Positions 42,965 to 55,866 are shown, numbered from the stretch's first letter. The stretch: 64,000 bases of DNA from Eledone cirrhosa (GCA_964016885.1 OZ024743.1:304730001-304794000), one strand, 5' to 3'. The notes: generated by a model from the sequence alone, not told the origin. Translations and numbers: made by a program.

Positions 42965-44314
42965 ATGATTGCACATGCAGTAGGGGCCAGCATAAAACTA
43001 ACCCTTAAGGAACATATGTTCAAATTTAATGGAAAAACATATGTCCAAGAGGAAGGAGCGGCCATTGGTGTTAGCATTGCAGGCGACATAGCTAACTTAT
43101 TCATGGTATGGTGGGACAGTAGTCTTAAACTTAAGCTTAAAGAACAATTAGAAGACCCCTTAACCCTGATAATGTACTCCCGCTACGTTGATGATATAAA
43201 CATCGTAGTTAAGACACCCCCACGAGAGAACAGTCAGGAACTAGAGAAAAACACAATGGAAAGCATCCAGCAAATAGCTAACTCCATCCACCAGAGCATT
43301 AGAGTTACTATAGACTACCCAAGTAAACACCCCAACCATCGATTACCTGTACTAGACACAGAGCTCTGGTTAGATACCATTAATAACAAAAAACAAATCC
43401 TCCATTCCCATTATGCCAAACCCATGACTTCCAAACATCTGATCCACCGAAACTCGGCCGTTTCGGACCATACCAAAATCAACATACTGATTGCGGATTT
43501 GGTACGGGTGATGAGAAACGTGTCCCGCATGTGCAACCCCGAAGAACTAGAGAGACACATACAACACTTCATCCACCGTATGCAGTTCTCTGGCTACAAT
43601 CAGAGAGATAAAATCAGAGTGTATAGAGGAGCCAGAACCAAATGGGAAAAAATGGTAAATAATGACATAAATGGGACCTGCCCCTTGTATAGTAGCAAAT
43701 TTTGGAATAGAATAGAAAGAACTAGGAACAAGGCTAATAGAATAAACTCATGGTATGATAGCAATAAATACCAGAGTGTAATGTTCATCGATACAACCCC
43801 TAGAGGTGAATTAGCTTACAAATTTAAAAGGGCCCTAAATAAACATAAACTCAATATTAAGATAGTAGAAAGACCAGGTACCTCCGTAAAAACACTTATT
43901 AGCAAGACATACCCTTTTCAAAGAACCTCATGTATAGATAAGAAATGTATAACCTGTAAAATAAGCCCCCATATTAACTGTAAAACTAGAAATGTAGTGT
44001 ATAGCATAAGATGTACTGAAGGACAATGTAGAGACAAAAATATAGTGTACATAGGTGAGACAGCTCGTAGTGTAGGGGAACGGATAAATGAACACTGGCG
44101 AGACCTTCAAGATAGTAAAGAATCATCTGTACTCTACCAACATGCTAAAATAGAACACAAGGGTAAATTAGAGAACATAGAAATAAAAATAGAATCTACA
44201 CACAGAAAAGACGCAATGTTTAGACAAATTACAGAGGCAATAAACATAAAAGAATTACAACCAAAATTAAATAGAAAATATGAGTGGAACAGCAACATCA
44301 CAACTTACAATTAA
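42965..44314 (+). CDS. PLE RT (C-terminal part) + GIY-YIG endonuclease, 449 aa open frame
   Basis: ORF track; RYVDD, VYSIRC..YIGET..R..EH and RQITEA..I..PKLN. Confidence 0.8.
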   Translation: MIAHAVGASIKLTLKEHMFKFNGKTYVQEEGAAIGVSIAGDIANLFMVWWDSSLKLKLKEQLEDPLTLIMYSRYVDDINIVVKTPPRENSQELEKNTMESIQQIANSIHQSIRVTIDYPSKHPNHRLPVLDTELWLDTINNKKQILHSHYAKPMTSKHLIHRNSAVSDHTKINILIADLVRVMRNVSRMCNPEELERHIQHFIHRMQFSGYNQRDKIRVYRGARTKWEKMVNNDINGTCPLYSSKFWNRIERTRNKANRINSWYDSNKYQSVMFIDTTPRGELAYKFKRALNKHKLNIKIVERPGTSVKTLISKTYPFQRTSCIDKKCITCKISPHINCKTRNVVYSIRCTEGQCRDKNIVYIGETARSVGERINEHWRDLQDSKESSVLYQHAKIEHKGKLENIEIKIESTHRKDAMFRQITEAINIKELQPKLNRKYEWNSNITTYN

Positions 44315-44515
44315 GGACAAAATGAAAACACACACACACATAGAACAAACAACCAACCAGTAACATGTAAATAAACAAATAAATAAATGAACATAAACAC
44401 ACACAGACACCCGGATGTTTCGCATGCGCAGACTGAGCACACAACACACACACAGAAACAAAATGGCGTAGGACAGAACAAAGTAGAGGCACAGAAACAA
44501 AGAAAGGAATCCCCA

Positions 44516-44558
44516 GTCACCGAAGAGGTCACAGAGTGTGTGACGAAAGAACTATGAC
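44516..44558 (+). ncRNA. Hammerhead motif (core variant CCGAAGA) in PLE 3' region
   Basis: GTCA-CCGAAGA-GGTCACA[GAGTG]TGTGAC-GAAA-GAAC-TA-TGAC. Confidence 0.7.
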
Positions 44559-44684
44559 AATATATAAACAACTATCTGGTTGTGGAACGAACCAACCAAC
44601 CAGAAATTTATAAATTTATTAGACATTTATTATAATAATAAATTGAAATGAAAGCAACTGGTGCGTGTGTTTCTTATTGGCAAC

Positions 44685-44764
44685 ATGACCCTGCCAAAGT
44701 ATAACAATATCGGTTTCAACACACGATTGCAGATAAAGAATCTTGCTAAACAAATTCAGAAACG

Positions 44765-44795
<31 letters not shown>

Positions 44796-44876
44796 ACGGC
44801 GATGAATTAGTTTTGCGAGGTTTTTGATATGAAATCGTGTGTCGAAACAAATATTGTTATACTTGGGGTGGGTCAT
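44685..44876. repeat. Diverged inverted repeat centred on (TA)n
   Basis: ATGACCC..AAGTATAACAATAT..TTTC.ACACACGATT versus AATCGTGTGT.GAAA..ATATTGTTATACTT..GGGTCAT. Confidence 0.7.
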
Positions 44877-44989
44877 ATTTGTGTAATAATATTGCCAGAA
44901 TTAATAACAGATCACACTCACTGTTTGGTTGCTTTTCGCTTCTGTGTCTTTTATATCGGTTAATTTAATTTATTCAGTCCTCAATGTTG

Positions 44990-46500
44990 CCATTGACTGA
45001 CCAACGCTCAAAAATACAGATACAATATAGACACAAACACATATATATAGTCTATCAAAGTTCTTTCGTTGCACATCTGCAACATCGTCAGTGTTGCTAT
45101 TATGTTTCCTCCCGTTGCATTTTATGCTTACGCCATCTTTATTTAGTCTGTTTATTTATTTATTTATTTTTTTGTCTTCTCTGCGCATGGGTTTGCGTAT
45201 AGTGTTTTGTTTGATGTGTGTTATTGTTTGGGTGACTGTGTATTGGCTAATGTATTCTATCTTAGTTTACTAGTGTGTGTTTACATGTGTTTGTTGTTAT
45301 TGTGCTTGTGAATGTATGTATGTATGTATGTATGTATGTATGTATGTATGTATGTATGTATGTATGTATGTATGTATGTATTTATTTATTTATTTATTTA
45401 TCTATACTTCTCTTAGGTCAGTGTTGTTTGTTTGGGTGTTGTTACTCCATTCATTTTTTATGCTTAGCCTTGGCCTTCTAAGTTCTATTTCGCTGTCCTC
45501 TCTGATTTGCCTATCTGGTGGGTCATTTCTATGTTTAGATATTATTCTAACTTCTATGTTGTCTATGTTACCGGTGTGTTGTTGTCTGGCATGTTCGTAT
45601 AGTACTAAACCGTTTTTTCGTTCTTTTAGTTCCCCTCAGTGTTGGTCTATCCTTTCACCTATTCTACGAGCTGTCTCGCCTATGTATGTTGTTGTCATGT
45701 TTCTGCAAGTACCCTCTGTACATCTTATGCTATAGACTACGTTTCTAGTTTTACAGTTTATCCGGGGGTTTACTCTACATATGATACATTTCCTATTAGT
45801 ACAGTGGTTTTCTTAAAAGGGTAGGTTTTGCTGATCAGTGATTTTATGGTGGTTCCTGGCTTTTCTACCACCTTAATCTTTAAGTGGGTCTTTCTCGGGG
45901 CCTTTCTACACTGGTTAGCTAATTTCCCTCCAGGGGTAGCGTCCAGAAACATGACACTCTGGTATCTCTGGTTGTCGTACCATGAGGTGGCTTTCCTTAT
46001 CTAATGTCTAGTCCTATCTAAACTATTCCATGATTTCCTCCTGTATAATGGGCAAATTCCTTTCATGTCCAGTTCTATGAGGGTCTTATACTTCTCCGTG
46101 GCTCCTTCGTATACTCTGATTCTGTCTTTTTGGTTGTAGCCAGAGAACTGCATGCGGTTGATGAAGTGTTGGATGTGTCTTTCCATTTCTGTTGGGTCGC
46201 ACATGCGGGACACGTTCTTCATCACTCGTACCAAGTCTGCGATCAGAATATTAAACTTAGCACTACTGGACATTGCTGAGTTTTTGAGTATCAGGTATTT
46301 GGAGGCCATGGGTTTAGCATATTGTGAGTGGAGAATTTGGGCTCTCTCGTCTATAGCGTTAATCCAGAGTTCCGTGTCTAATTCAGGTAGTCTATTTTAG
46401 GGTGTTTGGAAGGGTACTCTATAGTTACAGTTATACTCTGGTGTATGGAATTAGGTATCTGCTGGATGCTTTCCATTGTGCTCCGTTCTAAATCAGTCGA
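44990..46500 (-). mobile_element. 5'-truncated PLE related to 42602-44620, in tail-to-tail orientation
   Basis: ILIADLVRVMKNVSRMC, RMQFSGYNQKDR, MFLDATPGG and YIGETARRIGERIDQH. Confidence 0.88.
45054..45095 (-). ncRNA. Hammerhead motif in the 3' region of the opposing PLE
   Basis: Minus strand CA-CTGACGA-TGTTGCA[GATG]TGCAAC-GAAA-GAAC-TT-TG. Same layout as 44516-44558. Confidence 0.65.
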
Positions 46501-46819
46501 CTCCCTGTTAAGGTTTATCTCGAGTGCCAACCATTAAAGACTATAAAAAAAACACTCTGAAAAATACACACTCGTATGATATTTATCCTTTGCTTCTACA
46601 CCTAAAAAGTAGGGGAAACGTAACATCGATTATATCGACTCCAGTTCTTTAATGGTACTTTATTTTATGGACCCAGGGAAGATAAAAAGCAAAGTTGACT
46701 TCGGTGGGATTTCAAATTCTGCTAAGCATTTGGCCAATGTTCTAGCGCCATTCCAGCACCCTAACTTAAAATGATATAAAGCAATTGAAATAACCCAAAG
46801 CCTTATGGCCTGCTAAATC

Positions 46820-47065
46820 CACAGGCATACATATAAAAAGCTAAGGGTTTGAATTAATTATTGTACCCACTAGTGTCTACTACTATAAATATGAAAACAT
46901 ACCATAATCATACCTATGAAAGGCCTGTGGTGTAGATTAATTACTCTACCCACCAGTATCTACAGCTACTACTAAATTATGACCTTCTAAAACCACAAAC
47001 ATGCATACGAAAAGCCTGGGGTGTAAATTAATTACTGTACCCACAAGTATCTACAACTACTCATA
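46820..47065. repeat. Degenerate tandem repeat of about 85-90 bp, three copies
   Basis: ATTAATTA.T.TACCCAC.AGT.TCTAC occurs near 46853, 46936 and 47027. Confidence 0.6.
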
Positions 47066-47601
47066 CCAAAATCATCAAATATCTAGAAAGCAATTCTAAA
47101 AAGCAACAACAGCCCTAGTGAATGAACAGATCCAGCATGATCCTTTGCCCACTCTCAAACATATTAGAAAGACTCATCTTTGGTATCACTAAACCTCACA
47201 TTCACAACTCACAGTTCAAATTCAAATCACTAGACTCCACTTATCAAATAAAACAGTCGTTTGCTTTGATGCTCATATCATGTGGAATTGACGATGCTCA
47301 TCTACGCTGGTAGGAGTACAAAACAATATCTGGGAAGACTATACTTAGACCGAAGACATAATAACAATATGTATATGGAATGGACCCCCAGGATTTACAA
47401 TCAAGCTTTGTGTGACCTGTCCCATCAAGTCGAGGCAATGAATAGCATATTAGCTAACTGTGGGATATCATAGCCATATACAGAAATGGAAGGAACCTAA
47501 GAAATATTTCAGGAAACAAACTATGATATTGAAGATCTGCGTAAGTTTGTGGATGAAAATGGACTTTTTGAAAAAGACTCCAAAGACAAGATTCAGTTAT
47601 C

Positions 47602-47820
47602 ATAAATAAATAAATAATAACTGGAGAATTTTAACCAGTGTTTAAATATGATTAAATGTTTAGTTTATCAATTAAATTATCAATTAAATTATTGAGATCT
47701 ATACATTAAAAATTGAGATCTATATATAATTTAAAAAAAAAAAAATTCAATTGATAAACTAAACATTTAATCATATTTAAACACTGGTTAAAATTCTCCA
47801 GTTATTATTATTTATTTATT
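47602..47820. repeat. AT-rich inverted repeat (arms of about 75 bp)
   Basis: ATAATAACTGGAGAATTTTAACCAGTGTTTAAATATGATTAAATGTTTAGTTTATCAATT and its reverse complement. Confidence 0.88.
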
Positions 47821-48315
47821 TTCTATTCACGCTTATTTACTCTTCTTTACTCATCCAATAAATATTTATTTGTTCACTTCATCTTAAAAGTTACGCTAAT
47901 ACAACAACCTATCACTTAGAGCTTTCTCTTTCTCTTTCTCATTTTTTTCTCTTTTTCCTTCTCTTTCTCTTTCTCTTTTTCTTGTTTTCTTATTTTCCTC
48001 TTAGAGTTTGCTCTTTTTTCTCTTTTTTTCTCTTTCTTTTCTTTCCCTTTCTCCATACCCCAACGGCTTATTTTAAATCTACTGTGATTTAAACATATCC
48101 GACACTAATTTGCATAATAGAATAAATAAATTTAATAACCCCACTATCCGGGAGCTTCCAACAGAAATGGTCGCATTCTTTAAGGGTATGTCAATATTTA
48201 TTTATAAAACTGATCTATATTATATTTTATCTGATGAAAGCACACCAACTTGGTGTATAAGGAAATAAATATGGTTTTATAAATATAGTTTCCATTTGTT
48301 AATATATCGTATGTT

Positions 48316-48414
<99 letters not shown>

Positions 48415-48696
48415 GTGTGTGTGTGTGTGTGCGTGCGTGTGAAATGGTGAAAGAAAGAGAGAGAACACAAAGAAGTGCTGAACAATACACAGTCTACGAA
48501 TAATTGACACATATCATTTTAGAAACGAAATATTTTGATTGGTTGAATTATACACAAAATCAATTGTCAAACACAACTTGTCTTTCCAGAGACAGCGATA
48601 AGGTAAGACATAAATTCATGCCTCCCTAATATTGTATGGTTGCACTCTGAATATTTGTATTGTGTTTATTAATATATTTAATATATCATATATATA

Positions 48697-48727
<31 letters not shown>

Positions 48728-49567
48728 ATATATAGAAAGGATGAATATAAAATGAAAGTGCTTTTGTTAAAAAAGGAATTTATTAGGTATTGACATATAT
48801 TTCTGTAACAGACCGAATACCTATGTATCACTGCTTGCGTAATCATATAATGTTAGCAAGTATTCGATAGCAAATGTATAATCAGTTGTCACTTCTTCAG
48901 AGATTTTGGATAAACTGGATAAAATCAGAAAAATTGAAGTATTTATATTAGTAAAAGAGGAAGGAACAGAGGGGATAGAATATGACAGATGGTAAAATAA
49001 TTTACTGCTAAACAAGTATATAATGGGTTTTTAATGAGAATACCATGAGTAAATCTAAATAAGAATTTTGGGAGTGCCAATTTTAATCTCTACTTGACCA
49101 ACTGGACAGTGGACAGGGCTGGTCATTTGGTGCAGTAGTATTAATTATAAAGTGTCAATTGGGGAAGGGGGAGATTTCGATTGCTACTAAATAACATCAA
49201 TGCTAGTAGCCAGCTGGTATATGCATTAGGGAATTGAATCAAGAAATCAGAAATCTCATTTTATCTATAGCAGTTTGTATTAAAAGGTAAATAATAGAAG
49301 AGTTGATAGATTAAGACTAATAAAGAATGTTCATATCTATTTTGACAATCAATCGGGGATAGAGACAGGCGTTCAATCCTGGTAGTATTTATAATATGAA
49401 AATGTAGATTTTAAGCGATGGTTACAGTATAACGATCGCTCTATTCTGTTATTTAATAAAATGTTTTTGGATTTCATAATACAAAATAATTCTACATTAC
49501 ATAATTTACAAAATTCCTGTCCATGGGAATATGGGGGGGGGGCAACCGCTATTATATCCCATTTTAG

Positions 49568-50351
49568 GCTTCAGAGGGGGTAGATCAACCACCAGTCACA
49601 TCCTGATGCTGAGGAGGATATTAGAGGCAGCTAGAGCAAAGTGCCTTCCTGCGGTCATGGTTTTCATTGACTTTAGGAAGGCCTTTGATTCTGTGGACCG
49701 TTACTGCCTGATGAAGATCTTACAGGCGTATGGAATCCCCAAGAAGATAGTGGACCTGATATCACTGCTCTACACCAACACCAAAGCCCAAGTCATTACA
49801 CCTGATTGGATGACATAGTTCTTTGAGATACTGGCTGGAGTGCTCCAGGGAGATACATTGGCTCCCTACCTTTTTATCATCGTATATTGTATGCGCCTTG
49901 CACTGGAGAAAAACCAGGACTCTGGCTTTACTGTAGCACCGGCTCAGAGCAGGAGAGTTAGGGCGAAAAAGGTATCGGATGCTGAATTTGCCGACGACAT
50001 AGTTTTTGGTGACAAATGCAGTGAAGGAGGCAGAGGATTTGATGCGGGAGGTTGAGACTGTGTCGATGAGTGTGGGGCTGAGAATGAATGAGACTAAAAC
50101 AAAATATCTGGTAGAGAATGTTGAGAAGCCAGAGGGGATCACTAATGTAGGCGGGAGGCCGCTGGAATTGGTTGAGGACTTCCTGTATTTGGGAGCAAAG
50201 ATTGGGAATACGGAAGAAGATGTGGTTGAGAGGAAGAGCAAAGCCTGGGCTGCGTGCCACAGCTTGAGATCGGTGTGGAAGTCGGACCTTCGTAGAGACC
50301 TGAAAATCCGCCTCTTCATTGCTGTAGTGGAGTCTGTGCTGCTGTATGGGT
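49568..50351 (+). mobile_element. RTE-type LINE RT fragment
   Basis: FIDFRKAFDSVDR, GVLQGDTLAPYLF, EFADD, GLRMNETKTK and FLYLGA. Confidence 0.88.
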
Positions 50352-50551
50352 NNNNNNNNNNNNNNNNNNNNNNNNNNNNNNNNNNNNNNNNNNNNNNNNN
50401 NNNNNNNNNNNNNNNNNNNNNNNNNNNNNNNNNNNNNNNNNNNNNNNNNNNNNNNNNNNNNNNNNNNNNNNNNNNNNNNNNNNNNNNNNNNNNNNNNNNN
50501 NNNNNNNNNNNNNNNNNNNNNNNNNNNNNNNNNNNNNNNNNNNNNNNNNNN
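50352..50551. other. Assembly gap (200 N)
   Basis: Run of N. Confidence 1.
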
Positions 50552-51372
50552 CAGGTTGTACGATGCCTGCATACGAACAGCAATGCTGCATGGCAGTGAG
50601 ACCTGGGCATTGTGTGCAGAGGATATACGCAGACTAGAGAGGAACGAAGCTTGCATGCTCCGCTGGATGTGTAACAGTAATATACGTCGTGAACGGCAAA
50701 GCATAAACGAACTAAGAATAAATTAGAGATAAGAGGGATCAGATGTTGTTTACTCGAGAGAAGGCTACGTTGGGGTATGGACACGTGATGCGCATGAAAG
50801 TCGATAGCTGTATAACAAAAGTGCAGGCAATAAAGATAGACGGTAGTCACGGAATAGGCAGACCTAGAAAAACCTGGACGAGCTGATAAACTCCGACATC
50901 ACACACTTACACCTCTCCAAGACAATGTCACTGGACCGAGACCTTTGGCGGTACTCAGTAACAGAGAAGACCCGCCTTACCTAAATATATAGTAAAACCT
51001 ACTCCAGCCAGTAGGCATCTCTAACAAAATACACCCCGTCCCACCACCCCCACCCGATCCACACCACCCCGTTCTATGTAAAGTTATGTTGGTGCCGCGC
51101 CATCGAGGCCGAAACAAATGAGATCGTGTAGGTGTCACGACAAAAAAACACACAGTCCACGCTGTAATGTGGCCGTGTAGGCAACACGGTTAAAAACCTC
51201 CCAGACCCACACTGTAAATGTGGTTGGTGTTAGGAAGGGCATCCAACTGTAGAAAACCTGCCAGACAGTCCTATGCGAGCAAGACAATCACTCTTGCCTC
51301 AAGTGGGACTACCCCCGTCCAAACCCATGCAAGCGTGGAACACGGACGTTAAACGTTGATGATGATGATGAT
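50552..51372 (+). mobile_element. 3' part of an RTE-type LINE with 3' UTR and (GAT)n tail
   Basis: AMLHGSETW, MLRWMC, GHVMRM and GRPRKTW. Ends ...GGACGTTAAACGTT(GAT)n. Confidence 0.8.
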
Positions 51373-51374
51373 AT

Positions 51375-51710
51375 TCATTTCATTTCATTTTATGTCCGCT
51401 TTTCCCTGCTTGCAAGGGTGGGACGGGAACTGATTCTGGCTTGATTTCTACAGCTGGATGCCCTTCCTAACACCAACCTCATTTACAGTGAGTGCTGGGT
51501 GCTTTTTTGCCATGGCACTTACACGACCACTTTACAGTGGAATGATAGGACCCCAGTCCCTACCATCTCATTTCTACAGCTGAGTAAACTGGAGCAATGT
51601 GAAATAAAGTGTCTTGCTCAAGGAAACAACACATCACCCGGTCTTGAGAATTGAACTCACAACCTTTTCGATTGCAAGGCCAATGCTCTAACCACTAAGC
51701 CATGTGCCTC
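51375..51710 (-). mobile_element. Full-length tRNA-derived SINE with RTE-like 3' tail
   Basis: Minus-strand A box TGGCTTAGTGG, B box GAGTTCAATTC, core CCTTGAGCAAGACACTT and tail GAAAAGCGGAC. Near-identical copy at 56695-57039. Confidence 0.85.
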
Positions 51711-51734
51711 CATATATATATATATATATATAGT

Positions 51735-51880
51735 GAAGGCACATGGCTTAGTGGTTAAAGCATTGGGGTTGCAATCGAAAGGTTGTGAGTTCAATTCTCG
51801 GACTGGGTGATGTGTTGTTTTCCTTGAACAAGATACTTTATTTCACATTGCTCCAGTTTACTCAGTTGTAGAATATGAAT
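51735..51880 (+). mobile_element. SINE head and core of the same family, head-to-head across (TA)n
   Basis: GGCACATGGCTTAGTGGTTA..GAGTTCAATTCTC..TTGCTCCAGTTTACTCAG. Confidence 0.8.
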
Positions 51881-52099
51881 ACCGGCCTGCCTACCCAGCC
51901 AGTGGGATGTCATTATCTTATGGCTAAAACAGCATGATGTGCTGTGACCAGCGGCAGCGACTGGCGCCCGACAGACTGGTCGGTCAAGGTGATCAAGGTG
52001 ATATAGTATATAGTATATATATATCAGGAGTAGAGCACCATTTTAGCATCTACTGTTCGAAGCTCTTAGTGCAACATCTCAACACTCATCCCATTCTTT

Positions 52100-52600
52100 T
52101 GCTATCTCCTCAGCTTCAGTAATTTGAGATCAGCTCGTCACCACTTCCAATGGGATCTTCCTTGGTCTTTCTCTACTGTAGCTTCCCTCCACTAGCATTT
52201 CTTGATACTCCTACACCCAGTCATCACCATCCATGCACATCACATGTCCATACAAGCGCAGTCTTCTCTGTTTCACACTAAATTTGATTCCACTTATGCC
52301 TACCTTCTCTCTCAGTTCATCTGTGTTTTATTTTTTATACATATTAGTATTTCACATCCATTGAAACATGGTTGTTTCATTTCTCCCCAGTCATTCCATG
52401 TCCTCTGTGTTCACTGCTCATGTTTCACTACCATGCAGCATTGCACTTTGCATGTATTTGTCATACAGCCAACCTTTCATTGTTGTTGACAGCAGGCATA
52501 GCTCTCTAAACTTCTTCCAGCCTATCCTTATTCTAACTACTATGCTCTTGCAGCACCCTCATCTACTGCTAACCATATCACCAAGGTACCAGAAGCTATC
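52100..52600 (-). mobile_element. Decayed RTE-type LINE C-terminal fragment
   Basis: Minus strand reads AMLHGSET, GHVMCM and ERPRKIP, paralleling 50552-50900. Confidence 0.65.
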
Positions 52601-53189
52601 AACCACTTCTATGGATCATTCTTCCCTGAGATTTGGAAAGGTTTATATAACTGGCACTCTTACCATGAATTATCCCTGAACATTTATTACATACAAAGTC
52701 TTCCTTTTCTGTTAGTCTGCCTGCTATCCCACTATACTTCTAGTATTCCTAAGATTTGCATTGTGTATATTGATAGAGATTATGCCAACACCTTGTCTAC
52801 ATATTGAGTAAGATCACTTCCCTGATGGAATCAGCACCTTGTCTTCTTTCCTGCTTATTAACAGTTTGGTTTAATACACACATATATATATATATATATA
52901 TATACATATATATGTATGTAAAAGTTAAACAGAAATAACAACACAATTGGTACAGTTTATGGAAGGTATATGTTAGGTTAATGCTTGATATAGCATATAT
53001 ATATATATATATATATATATGTAGGATCCCAATGTAAATTGCTAGGTGATCACTGTTAAAAAGGTACTCAATGCATTAGTAGAGTGTAGGTATGTTAATT
53101 TTATTATTCTTCGGGACTTGAACTGTTACCTGGTGATTTCTTATAAATGAAACAGTTTTAATTCTGTAGAGGTCATTTCTATAATGAAA

Positions 53190-53340
53190 ACATGGGCGGG
53201 GGTGGTGAGAACAGACCTCAAATCACTGAAACTCACCGAGGAGATGACGAAGGACAGTGACGAGTGGAGGGATGCTATGGTGAAGAGGACCCGTCCAATC
53301 CAAAGCAGGGAAAAGCGGACGTAAAATGATGATGATGATA
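53190..53340 (+). mobile_element. RTE-type LINE extreme 3' end with (GAT)n tail
   Basis: KTWAGVVRTDL..DEWR, then AAGCAGGGAAAAGCGGACGTAAAATGATGATG. Confidence 0.7.
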
Positions 53341-53586
53341 TATATATATATATATATACATATATCATATATATATATACATATATACATACATACTATA
53401 CATATATATATATATACATACATACATATATACATACATATATACATACATATATATATACATACATATATATATACATATATATATACATACATATATA
53501 TATACATACATATATATATACATATATATATACATACATATATATATACATACATATATATATACATACATATATATATACATACA

Positions 53587-53638
<52 letters not shown>

Positions 53639-53655
53639 CAAACATATATATATAC
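53341..53655. repeat. Compound (TA)n/(CATA)n microsatellite
   Basis: Directly visible; it generates the spurious YI/YM ORFs. Confidence 0.95.
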
Positions 53656-54765
53656 CCAGCAGCACCTTGTCCTTCACTCTTCCATTTATTTTTTTCCTTC
53701 CATTCTGTGCTTACACTATTCCTTCAGCCATTAAACGAAGCACTAATATGTGTTTCGGAAAATACACTCTGCTTTGGCCTCACTAGTTTGGGAAGAGCTG
53801 CAAAGACTCGGATTTCTTTTTCAGTCTTCAGGATTAAAAAATATTTCAGCTGACTCCCTACAAAGCAGCAGCAAACAATTACTGACCTCCTAAAATCAGC
53901 TTTGAATAGTTGCTGACCCCCCCCCCCCCCCGGCAACTTTCAACAGTTATTCAACCCCTAAATAGCACAAGTTCAACTGTCATTAGAGTATTACTTACAA
54001 AATTAGTACATGCAATTTCCACATGCACCCATCATTCTGAAATACATTGAAAAAATACAAAAACAAAAAATATATCTCCCCATGGGGATGGTAAACACTC
54101 AAACGTGATAACTCTCTTCCCATTGAAGTGAAGTAAATCTCTAATCTGGGATGTCACATACTGGGATGCCATGTGTTACAATGCCACATGCTGCAACACC
54201 AGCCTTGTTGCTTTGGCTGAAAACCTAGGCACCACTGCTTGCAATGCAGGGTAGATGATGATAACCAAATACCGGGGCTTAACTGTCCGCTTGCATTTCA
54301 TGCTAGTTACCATCATGACTTTAATTGTTCTCAGACCCCACACTGCTGTTTTCCTCCACAAAATTGGAAAGACAGCAACCTTCCTAAGGAAGAAGCCCTA
54401 TGTTGTGAGGTGGCTCTTCTATATTGCAATGCCATCACCATTTTGTCCATGGGGCACAGCTGAAACTTACCACTCAGATTGAGGTGTCAAGCTGTCATTC
54501 CCTCCTGCCTTTTCCTTTGTTTCACTGCTTAATTTCCTTTTCCTTTTCTTTTCTCTTCCTTTTTTGTTTCCTAATTCTCATTTATATTTTATGGTTTTCA
54601 TCACATTTTCTCCTTAGTTTAATAAACATTTGTTTGCTTATTATTCATCCACCAACTGACTAGTCAAACAATTAATATTGTAATCATTTTGGTTTAAGCC
54701 ACCTTTAAGAACATTTCTAAAATGAAAGAAACAACCCTATGTAACCTTATTTTCTAATATGGTAA

Positions 54766-55023
54766 AGTTTGATTTGAGGGTAATTAAGTTGACACTTCAA
54801 ATAGGTTGAGTGGCTGCATAGACATTCTATCGTTCACTTCACTGTTTCAGATCATCATCATGATCATTGTTTAATGTCCATTTTCCATGCTAATTCTAGC
54901 ATGGAAAATGGACATTAAACAATGATCATGATGATGATCTGAAACAGTGAAGTGAACGATAGAATGTCTATGCAGCCACTCAACCTATTTGAAGTGTCAA
55001 CTTATTTACCCTCAAATCAAACT
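54766..55023. repeat. Near-perfect 127-bp-arm palindrome with 4-nt loop
   Basis: 54766-54892 is the reverse complement of 54897-55023 with one visible mismatch. Confidence 0.95.
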
Positions 55024-55431
55024 AGGTTAGACGAGTTGCCCTGTTGTGAGTCAAGTCAGGTCAAGTGTTCATACAGAAATATTTCTGCTTTATGGATGCC
55101 CTTCCTAATGCCAACTATATTTATAAGATGCACTGGGTGATTTTTATCGTGACACTAAAATGACCAAATTACTGGGTGTTTAGTAAATATAATAAATTTA
55201 AAGTTATTTGACAAGTATTCTTTTATTGGTTGGGATATCACAGAAGGCTAAATTCTAGCCTAGTTTGTTCAATCTTTTAACCATAAAAATCCAACAATCT
55301 TGCAAATATAATCAGTTTAATTTATCTATAATTTATGATAATGATACAGCAAGCCAATGATTTATAAATCTTTGACTGTAAGTAGAAAATGTGTGTGATA
55401 TATCTGTTTATGTCTTCATTATTATTCAGCA

Positions 55432-55625
55432 AGGGTGGTGGATTGGCAGAATCGGTAGAGAGTCGGATACCATGCTTTGCAGCATAGTCACGGCCCTTTA
55501 TGATCCGAGTTCAAATCTCACCGAGGTTAACTTTGCCTTTCATCCTTACGGGGTCGATAAAATAAAGTACCAGTAATACACTTGGTAATTGCTGGCCTTG
55601 TGCCATAAGTAGAAACAATTATTAT
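55432..55625 (+). mobile_element. Full-length Nin/Deu-core SINE
   Basis: tRNA-like head TGGCAGAATCGGTAGAG..GAGTTCAAATC, the conserved core and an (ATT)n tail. Confidence 0.85.
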
Positions 55626-55866
55626 TCAGCAATGCAAAACAAGTCATTAACTGTAGTTGAGGAAGAAGATATAACCATAGCAATATAAATATATTATTAT
55701 GACTATAGCAACATAAATGTATTGATAGCAAAATATTAAATGTATTTTAAAATATATAAATGAAAGATGTAGAATAAAGTTAAATATTTACTTTGATATT
55801 GTGAGGTCTTCCATCATTTATCTTTGCTATAAATTTTCTATCTGTTTGTTTAATTTTTATTTAAAG

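Larger units (their letters stand above)
42602..44620 (+). mobile_element. 5'-truncated PLE, third type (tentatively Nematis-like), RT + GIY-YIG
   Basis: GSMDVVSLYPSID, QEEGAAIG, FMVWWD, RYVDD, RMQFSGY, CxxxxCxxC linker and YIGETARSVGERINEH. Starts right after (TA)n. Confidence 0.9.

Noticed and set aside
42602-44620. Naiad-type selenoprotein PLE
   Set aside because: The GIY-YIG domain is C-terminal and there are no in-frame TGA codons in the 449-aa frame. Naiads have an N-terminal endonuclease.
49762-50850. ORFs spanning the N run as one continuous RTE
   Set aside because: They are artefacts of the gap. The two flanks overlap in protein position and differ in sequence, so they come from different elements.
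51640-51800. tRNA genes
   Set aside because: The A/B boxes continue into SINE core and tail sequence and no acceptor stem is evident. These are SINE heads.
53223-53853. Long YI/YM/HT-rich ORFs (also near 15.1, 16.5, 17.6, 38.4, 45.3 and 48.3 kb)
   Set aside because: They are translations of (TA)n, (CA)n and (CATA)n microsatellites.
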